From Methanobacteriota archaeon (GTDB lineage Archaea; Thermoplasmatota; Thermoplasmata; SG8-5; DAIRED01): a DNA stretch of 64,000 nucleotides. Each line of letters starts with the position of its first letter. Within the stretch, counting starts at the first letter, position 1. The notes under the pieces are model-generated. The model saw only the letters and a list, made by a program, of their open reading frames with translations, had not been told where the DNA came from and did no database searches. This document shows, one piece after another, positions 47,692 through 54,854 of this stretch. Made by a program: the position numbers and the translations under genes. The stretch lies in NCBI GenBank assembly GCA_043799545.1, contig JAZDNO010000004.1, forward strand, positions 1 to 64,000, given 5' to 3'.

Positions 47692-48471
47692 ATGGCCGAC
47701 GAAGACAAGCAGATTGCACCTGCACCCGAGACGCCAAAGCCTGAGCCGTCCAAACCCGAGACACCGAAAACTGAGGTGCCCGCACTGGAGTCGGTACCTG
47801 CAAGGACGCCCCGCGAGGCTCCTCTCAGAGACGCCGCCCCAGCCGACGATTTGGCCGCCGATGCCCCAAAAATTGTCAAGCCGAAAAAGAAGGTCCCGCA
47901 CGCGGCGACCCAGCTTAGGCTCTTCGGCAAGTACGACTTCACGGAGGTCGTGGTTCACGACGCCGGCCTGCTGAGATACGTCAACCTAGATCCGGTCGGC
48001 ACGCCGTACAGCGGCGCGCGCCACGCCAACCGCTCTTTCGGCAAATCGCACGTCAACATCGTCGAGCGTCTCATAAACAGCATGATGAGGACTGAGGTTT
48101 ACACAGGGAAGAAGGTAAAGGCATATTCAGCGGTAAAGAAGGCGTTTGCGATAATCGCAGCCCAGACCAAAACGAACCCCATCCAGGTATTCGTCGATGC
48201 TCTGGAGAACGCGGCGCCGCGCGAGGAAGTCACCCGTTTGAAGTACGGAGGAATCTCCGTGCCGAAGGCGGTCGACGTGAGTTCGGCCAGGCGCCTCGAC
48301 ACCGCACTCAGGAACCTCGCGAACGGCACAATCGCTGCCTCGTACAAGAGCACCAAGAGCATCGAGCAGTGCCTTGCCAACGAGCTGATGCTCGCGGCCA
48401 AGAAGGACATGAACAGCTTCTCTGTCGCCAAGAAAGAGGAGGTCGAGCGCGTAGCCGGCTCTGCCAGGTAA
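47692..48471 (+). CDS. rps7: 30S ribosomal protein uS7 with N-terminal extension
   Basis: NIVERL, NAAPREE, AVDVSSARRLD, KKEEVERVA. Confidence 0.97.
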   Translation: MADEDKQIAPAPETPKPEPSKPETPKTEVPALESVPARTPREAPLRDAAPADDLAADAPKIVKPKKKVPHAATQLRLFGKYDFTEVVVHDAGLLRYVNLDPVGTPYSGARHANRSFGKSHVNIVERLINSMMRTEVYTGKKVKAYSAVKKAFAIIAAQTKTNPIQVFVDALENAAPREEVTRLKYGGISVPKAVDVSSARRLDTALRNLANGTIAASYKSTKSIEQCLANELMLAAKKDMNSFSVAKKEEVERVAGSAR

Positions 48472-48501
48472 TCGCAGCTTGATTAACGGAACGGTGTAGT
48501 T

Positions 48502-50703
48502 ATGGGACGCAAGGAAGAGAACATAAAGAAATCGCAGGCATTGATGACTAAGCCGAAGCAGATACGCAACATCGGTACGGCCGCGCACATAGACCACGGC
48601 AAGACCACATTCAGCGACAACCTGATTGCTGGTGCCGGTATGATGTCGGAGGATTTGGCAGGCAAGCAGCTCATGCTCGATTTCGATGAGCAGGAGCAGG
48701 CCCGCGGAATCACGATAAACGCGGCGAACGCCTCGATGGTCCACGTATACAAGGGCCAGGAATATCTCATCAACCTCATAGACACGCCAGGCCACGTGGA
48801 TTTCGGAGGCGACGTCACGAGGGCGATGCGTGCCATAGACGGCGTTTTCATCCTCGCCTGCGCCGTCGAGGGTGTAATGCCCCAGACAGAGACTGTCATC
48901 CGCCAGGCAATCAAGGAGAAGGTCAAGCCAATCCTCTTCATCAACAAGGTCGACCGCCTCATCAACGAGCTGAAGGTCACGCCCGAGCAGATGCAAACTC
49001 GACTGACAGGAATCATCACGGAAGTCAACGGCAAGATACTCAAGCTTCTGCCCGACGAGCTGAAGAAGGAATGGGCGCTGGACGTCACTGGCGGCACCGT
49101 CGCATTCGGCTCCGCATACCATAACTGGGCGATTTCCGTCCCGTACATGAAGAAGTCAGGAATCTCGTTCAAGGACATCTACCAATTCTGCGCAGAGGGA
49201 AAGCAGAAGGAGCTGGCAAAGAAGGCCCCGATACACGAGGTCATCCTGGACATAGTCATAGAGCACATGCCCAACCCGCTCGACGCCCAGAAGCTAAGAG
49301 TCCCCCAGATTTGGAAGGGCGACCCGGAGTCAGAGGTGGGCAAAGCCATGGTCCACTGCGACCCGAACGGCCCGGTGGCGATGATGGTCACAAAGATTAT
49401 TGTCGACCCGCACGCCGGCGAGGTGGCAATAGGCAGATTGTTCTCGGGCAGGGTTGCCCGCGGGCTGGACCTGTTCGTCAGCGGCATGCCAAACAAGAAC
49501 CGGGTCCAGCAAGTGGCACTCGCCGTCGGTGCGGACCGTATCCCCGTGGACGAGATAGCGGCCGGAAACATCGTCGCCGTCGTGGGCCTCAAGGACGCCA
49601 TCTCCGGCTCGACCATATCGTCTGACCAGTCGATGGACGCGTTCGAGAAGATGGTTCACTACTCCGAGCCAGTGGTCACGGTCGCCATAGAAGCCAAGCA
49701 CATGAAGGACCTGCCGAAGCTGGTCGAGGTGCTGCGCACAATCGCAAAGGCCGACCCGTCCATCCAGGTCGAAATCAACCAGGAGACCGGGGAGCACCTG
49801 ATGTCGGGCATGGGCGAGCTTCACCTGGAAATCACCCAGTACAGGATAGTCAAGGAGCACGGGGTCGAGATAAAGGCCTCGCAACCCATCGTCGTCTTCC
49901 GCGAGTGCGTCGAGGGCCTGGGGGGCCCCTTCGAGGGAAAGTCTCCCAACAAGCACAACAAGTTCTACATCGAGGCCATGCCCCTCGACCCGGCCATAGT
50001 CAAGGCCATCAAGTCCGGCGAGATACAGGTCGGCCAGAGGATAAAGGACTCGAAGGCGCTGGCCAAGCAGCTGCAGGACCTCGGCATGGAGAAGGACGAG
50101 TCAAAGAGCGTGGCCGCCGTGGAGGAGACCAACATCCTCATAGACGCCACGAAGGGAATCCAGAACCTCCACGAGACGATGGAGCTGGTCATAGACTCGT
50201 TCCGAGAGGCGATGAACAAGGGTCCGCTGGCCGACGAGAAGTGCATGGGGATGAAGCTGCGGCTCGTCGACGCCAAGCTGCACGAGGACTCAATACACAG
50301 GGGACCCGGCCAGGTGATTCCGGCGGCCAGGCTTTCCATTTACGGTGCGATGTGCCAGGGCGGCCGCATCCTACTGGAGCCGAAGCAGAAGGTCTTCATC
50401 AACTGCCCGCAGGACGTCATGGGTGACGCGATGAGGGAGCTGCAGCAGAGGCGCTCGGTCATCGAGGACATCCAGCAGGAGGGCGAGAACGCCGACATCC
50501 TGTCGAAGGCGCCAGTCGCCGAGATGTTCGGCTTCGCTTCCGCGATACGCGGCGCGACGCAGGGCCGCGCGCTCTGGTCTACCGAGAACGCCGGTTTCGA
50601 ACGCCTGCCTCGCGAGCTGCAGACAAAGGTCGTGGCGGAGATACGCACGCGCAAGGGCCTCAAGCCAGAGCCGTACAACGAGGCGTACTACTCAGGGGCG
50701 TAA
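48502..50703 (+). CDS. fusA: Elongation factor 2
   Basis: AHIDHGKT, DTPGH, NKVD; diphthamide loop HEDSIHRG. Confidence 0.98.
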   Translation: MGRKEENIKKSQALMTKPKQIRNIGTAAHIDHGKTTFSDNLIAGAGMMSEDLAGKQLMLDFDEQEQARGITINAANASMVHVYKGQEYLINLIDTPGHVDFGGDVTRAMRAIDGVFILACAVEGVMPQTETVIRQAIKEKVKPILFINKVDRLINELKVTPEQMQTRLTGIITEVNGKILKLLPDELKKEWALDVTGGTVAFGSAYHNWAISVPYMKKSGISFKDIYQFCAEGKQKELAKKAPIHEVILDIVIEHMPNPLDAQKLRVPQIWKGDPESEVGKAMVHCDPNGPVAMMVTKIIVDPHAGEVAIGRLFSGRVARGLDLFVSGMPNKNRVQQVALAVGADRIPVDEIAAGNIVAVVGLKDAISGSTISSDQSMDAFEKMVHYSEPVVTVAIEAKHMKDLPKLVEVLRTIAKADPSIQVEINQETGEHLMSGMGELHLEITQYRIVKEHGVEIKASQPIVVFRECVEGLGGPFEGKSPNKHNKFYIEAMPLDPAIVKAIKSGEIQVGQRIKDSKALAKQLQDLGMEKDESKSVAAVEETNILIDATKGIQNLHETMELVIDSFREAMNKGPLADEKCMGMKLRLVDAKLHEDSIHRGPGQVIPAARLSIYGAMCQGGRILLEPKQKVFINCPQDVMGDAMRELQQRRSVIEDIQQEGENADILSKAPVAEMFGFASAIRGATQGRALWSTENAGFERLPRELQTKVVAEIRTRKGLKPEPYNEAYYSGA

Positions 50704-50738
50704 AATCGTTCCAGTAAATCCCTTTAATTTTCGGTTTC

Positions 50739-51335
50739 TCATCTGGATATCCGGACCTTCGCTTCATTGTGTCTGGCCTTTCCGCGCTCCTCCCAGACCC
50801 AGAACGCACCTATCGTCAGATGGTAGCCGACCCTGGGAGCGGTCTGGATGAGGCAATGAATCTTGCGCTGGGAGTACCTGACATTCCAGAAGAGTTCTGG
50901 CGAGTAATCGAGAACGTACTTTCTCTTCCTAATGGCGACAATCAACTCGAGCCAGGCTTCGGCAGGAATCGGATATCCGCTTTTTTCGGCCTCGCGAAGC
51001 TCGTCCAAGGCGTATTTGACGTCCACCATGGAAATACCGCATTCGTTGGATGGGTGGCTGTGGTATCCCCCCACAAGCGCCACGCCACGCATGTATGATA
51101 GCGCACGCAAGACCTTTCTCGTGCGCACTCCCCCGCCGTCGCTCTCCTCAACGCTGGTGGGTTTCCGCCTCGCCGTCTGCTGGGGGTGGGCGCTGCATAT
51201 CTTCAGCCTTCTGCCGGGTTCCTCCCCGCGTTTGCACTTCCCCAGCAGGAATCCCGTGCACTCGCGGTTGTAGGTCTCTATTGCGGACGCGCAAAGGTCC
51301 ACGAACGCGCCGGGCTCTATGAGTATCTCCCGCAT
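50739..51335 (-). CDS. JAMM/MPN+ metalloprotease
   Basis: N-terminal E..G.LLG (NRECTGFLLG) and complete H-S-H-x7-S-x2-D motif (YHSHPSNECGISMVD). Confidence 0.8.
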   Translation of the reverse strand: MREILIEPGAFVDLCASAIETYNRECTGFLLGKCKRGEEPGRRLKICSAHPQQTARRKPTSVEESDGGGVRTRKVLRALSYMRGVALVGGYHSHPSNECGISMVDVKYALDELREAEKSGYPIPAEAWLELIVAIRKRKYVLDYSPELFWNVRYSQRKIHCLIQTAPRVGYHLTIGAFWVWEERGKARHNEAKVRISR

Positions 51336-51459
51336 GTCGGGGGATAATGTGCGTGGCGAGTACTTAACCCCCTTAGCTCTTGGCAGATTCGGGATATTTT
51401 ATATATCCGTATCCGTATCCTCAAGAAGGCAGCCGCCCAGGCTGTCCTGGTTGTGTGAA

Positions 51460-52035
51460 ATGCGCTGGCTCGACCGCAAGATAAACAGCATCAAGGCGCC
51501 CATCCCCGGGGTAGAATACACGGGGGACGTCGTGGCGCGGATATCTGGCAAAATTGAAGGAAAACTCGTCCTGGGCGTGCACCACGGGCTCTGGACCCAC
51601 GAACCGACGTACCTTCAGGTCGATGGTGGAGCGCTGGTCAAGGTGGATGGATCGGTCCAGTTCTACGGCGGCAACATCATCCGCGTTGAACCTGGGGCAG
51701 AGCTGCACATGGGCAACGGCACGCTGGTCAACATGCGAACGTCCATAAGCGTGATAAAAAAGGTCAGCATAGGCTCTGACTGCCTCATCGCGGCGGAGGT
51801 GGCCATCCGGGACAATGACGGCCACAGGCTGGAGGGCACCGAGTGGGTGGAGCCGGTGACCATCGGGAACAAGGTGTGGCTGGGCTACAGGGTGACGGTG
51901 CTCAAGGGCGTGACCATCGGCGACGGGGCGGTCGTAGCGGCTGGCTCGGTCGTCACCTCGGACATGCCAGCACGCTCGCTCGCGGCCGGCAACCCGGCCA
52001 GGGTCATAAGGGGGGACGTGAAATGGAGCCCATAG
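51460..52035 (+). CDS. Hexapeptide-repeat acyltransferase
   Basis: PVTIGNKVWLG..VTVLKGVTIGDGAVVAAGSVV. Confidence 0.9.
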   Translation: MRWLDRKINSIKAPIPGVEYTGDVVARISGKIEGKLVLGVHHGLWTHEPTYLQVDGGALVKVDGSVQFYGGNIIRVEPGAELHMGNGTLVNMRTSISVIKKVSIGSDCLIAAEVAIRDNDGHRLEGTEWVEPVTIGNKVWLGYRVTVLKGVTIGDGAVVAAGSVVTSDMPARSLAAGNPARVIRGDVKWSP

Positions 52036-52724
52036 CCGTCCTTTCCAAGGAGGAGATGGTGCGCAGGATTGAGGCGCGGAAGACTCCGGTCCTCGACGAC
52101 GTCAGGAAGCTGAGGAAAAAGCTGTCGAACTGGAACGATTACTACTACAAGGCAATCATGGAGCTTTCGAAGGAAAAATACTTCTTCGAGACATGGATGG
52201 TAATCAACTGGATAGGGCTGGAGATGGCTCCTAAGCGCGTGCTGGAAATCGGCACGCGCAACGGAGGCTCGCTCGTCGCCCTTCTGCGCCCTTACAAGGA
52301 TTATTCCGGCGTGAAAGTGGAGAGTTTCGACATCTGGCACGACCCGATGCTGAGTGTGAACCGAGGCTCGCCGAAGAAGGTCAAGTCGAACCTGGAGCAC
52401 ATGGGCATCCCGACCTCGATGATAGAGTTCCACAGCGGGGATTCGACAGTGACCGTCCCGCAGTTCTTCAAGGAGCACCCCGAAGCGAAGTTCGACTACG
52501 TGCTGGTCGACGGGGGGCACGACAAGGACACAGCCGCATCGGACCTCAGGAACGTGGAGAACTCGGTTGCGCCGGGGGGCGTGCTGGTCTTCGACGACAT
52601 CTCCGAGGAATCGTATGGGCTCTTGCCAGTCTGGGAAGGGTTCAAGGCCAGGAACGGTGACAAATTCAGATACTTCGAGGTCATGCACAGAAAGGGGATT
52701 GCGTGGGCCTTCAGAAGGTTCTGA
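52023..52724 (+). CDS. Class I SAM methyltransferase (Methyltransf_24-like)
   Basis: VLEIGTRNGGS, FDYVLVDGGH, LVFDD. Confidence 0.88.
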   Translation: MEPIAVLSKEEMVRRIEARKTPVLDDVRKLRKKLSNWNDYYYKAIMELSKEKYFFETWMVINWIGLEMAPKRVLEIGTRNGGSLVALLRPYKDYSGVKVESFDIWHDPMLSVNRGSPKKVKSNLEHMGIPTSMIEFHSGDSTVTVPQFFKEHPEAKFDYVLVDGGHDKDTAASDLRNVENSVAPGGVLVFDDISEESYGLLPVWEGFKARNGDKFRYFEVMHRKGIAWAFRRF

Positions 52725-52754
52725 CGAAGAATCAGTCCTTTTCGGGCTCGCCCG

Positions 52755-53000
52755 TCATTTGTATTGCTGGCATCTGTGGCAGAACCACCGCTGGTATTGG
52801 GGCATGAACTGCAGCGGCGCTCCGCAGTGGTTGCATGCGGGAGGGGGAGGCGTGACCTCGGCTCCCAGTCCGGCAAACAAGTTGTCTACCGCGTCCCTCG
52901 GCGCGGGGTAATACCTCTGGCAGGCGTGGCAGAAATACTGGCCGTAGGCCGGAACCCAGTCCATGGGGCGGTTGCAGACGGGGCAGCCGTAGTACGCCAC
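52755..53000 (-). CDS. Small double zinc-finger protein
   Basis: Two repeats of CxxC...P.Y..[YW]FCHxC. Confidence 0.8.
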   Translation of the reverse strand: MAYYGCPVCNRPMDWVPAYGQYFCHACQRYYPAPRDAVDNLFAGLGAEVTPPPPACNHCGAPLQFMPQYQRWFCHRCQQYK

Positions 53001-53322
53001 GAATCAAATATCGCTGGCGAGGTATAAGGATTTTTCTCAATAATTCGAGAAGCGGTTCGCACAACTGAAAAATGTTCAAGGTTTTCAGGTGTTCTTGAAC
53101 CGCCTCGTTCTCAGGTTCCTCGTGGCCTCGGCCGCGATGAGCGCGTATTCGAACGTCGTTTGCACCTCCGTATTACCCAATGCGCGGTCACGGGGTATAA
53201 GCGAAGTGAAAAGGAGTGGGCGAAAAGTGGCCATTTCAAGATTCCATGCAAATACTTGAATCCGGTCCAGCCGCTTGCGGGACTACGGTTAAATATCCCG
53301 CCTGTCATCGGCCTACCATAAC

Positions 53323-53694
53323 ATGGACTCCCCCTGCCTGCGCCACGGATGCACCGAGTGCTGCAAGAACACGGAGATGCTGCTCTCGAACGAGGACATC
53401 GAGCGCCTCGCCAGGGCGGGCTTCCATCGGAGCTATTTCGCGCGCGAAATCAACGGCTGGCTTGAGCTCAAGAATGTCAACGGGAGGTGCGCCTTCAACG
53501 ACGGCGGGAAGTGCCTGGTCTACGAGGACCGCCCGGAAGGGTGCAGGAGCTACCCGGTCGTACACGTTGGCGGTCACGCGGTCCTTGACGGGGACTGCCC
53601 TCACAAGGCAGAGTTCGAAATAATGCCCGGGGACGAGGAGAGCCTTTTGGCGCTGGTGGCGAAGCTGAAAAGCGAACGCCGCAAGACGAAATGA
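53323..53694 (+). CDS. YkgJ-family cysteine cluster protein
   Basis: CTECC, CAF, CLVYEDRPEGCRSYP. Confidence 0.88.
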   Translation: MDSPCLRHGCTECCKNTEMLLSNEDIERLARAGFHRSYFAREINGWLELKNVNGRCAFNDGGKCLVYEDRPEGCRSYPVVHVGGHAVLDGDCPHKAEFEIMPGDEESLLALVAKLKSERRKTK

Positions 53695-53701
53695 CGAATT
53701 C

Positions 53702-54733
53702 ATGGAGCACAGGGCGCCAACGCACCGCAACATCTTTATCCGCTCCGTGCAATCCAACTCCGTGAAGCAGGGCCATGCTATTACAGTGGGAGCGACTCTG
53801 ACAGTGTTATTAATCTTAGTAGGGGCGGCGGTCCTGAATGGCCTGGTCGAGCGCCCGAACATCCCGGACAACGCAGACCGCCTCGCCGCGATACCTTCGG
53901 GAAGCCACAAGTGGTCGCCCGGCGAGGACAACTACCCGCCCGTGATGCTCGAAAACGGCTGGACCGAGCCTGTGCCGCTGCCTGGTCCAATCAACACCGC
54001 TGGCGCGGAGGACTCCCCGTTCGCGTCGGGAAACCGCCTCTTCTTCTTCTTCACGCCGGACATGAACATCCCCCTCACCGACCAGGCCGTCGACGGCATG
54101 ACAGGCATATGGTGGAGCGAGCGCGCCGGGGACGGCTGGACCGAGCCGAAGCGCGCCTACTTAGGCTCATTCGAGTGCCTGGACGGCGCGGAATGCGTGC
54201 GGGGGGACGAGATGTGGTTCGGCTCCGTGCGCAAGGGCAACCTGGGCGAAATCGACATCTACGCCGCAGATTACGACGGGAGCGGGTGGAGGAACATACG
54301 GAACGCGGGCGAGCGCCTGAATGTCGAGCTTGACATTGGCGAGTTCCACATATGGGGAGACGAGCTTTACTTCGCTGCCAACCGCACAGGCACAAAAGGA
54401 GGGCTGGACATCTGGATGTGCGAGCGCGAGGGCGACGGCTGGTCCGACCCGGTGAACGTTGGCTCGCCCAACAGCGCCATGGACGAGAACCAGCCTTTCG
54501 TCAGCGACGGCGGTAAGGAGTTGTGGTTCACGAAATGGGGCTCGCGCGCGGGGCCGTCGTGCTACCGCTGCCTGCGCCAGCCGAGCGGCGAATGGGGCGC
54601 CCCGGTGGAAATCGCCGCAAATTTTGCGGGCGAGCCCACGCTGGATTCCGAAGGCAATCTGTATTTCGTCCACCATTTCCTCGAGGACGGGGAGATATTC
54701 GAGGCGGACATCTACGTCGCCTACAGAAGTTGA
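53702..54733 (+). CDS. Membrane-anchored PD40/TolB-like beta-propeller protein
   Basis: N-terminal TM; INTAGAEDSP, ELYFAANR.G..GGLDIW, NSAMDENQPF; start uncertain. Confidence 0.75.
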   Translation: MEHRAPTHRNIFIRSVQSNSVKQGHAITVGATLTVLLILVGAAVLNGLVERPNIPDNADRLAAIPSGSHKWSPGEDNYPPVMLENGWTEPVPLPGPINTAGAEDSPFASGNRLFFFFTPDMNIPLTDQAVDGMTGIWWSERAGDGWTEPKRAYLGSFECLDGAECVRGDEMWFGSVRKGNLGEIDIYAADYDGSGWRNIRNAGERLNVELDIGEFHIWGDELYFAANRTGTKGGLDIWMCEREGDGWSDPVNVGSPNSAMDENQPFVSDGGKELWFTKWGSRAGPSCYRCLRQPSGEWGAPVEIAANFAGEPTLDSEGNLYFVHHFLEDGEIFEADIYVAYRS

Positions 54734-54854
54734 CTCTTGGATTGGTCCAGGCAAACAAATGCGCCTCGGTTAGGTGAAATCTGGCTGCGTGACGCGTTCG
54801 TGCCATCCGCGAACGGGCCGAAGCATCCCGAAAGGTTATTTACGGCAGACCCGC

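Noticed and set aside
48127-49956. Long minus-strand ORFs over rps7/fusA
   Set aside because: Antisense to highly conserved genes
53085-53180. Possible 26-31 aa minus-strand sORF (..VQTTFEYALIAAEATRNLRTRRFKNT)
   Set aside because: No properly spaced RBS, weak promoter and no motif; cannot be supported without homologs
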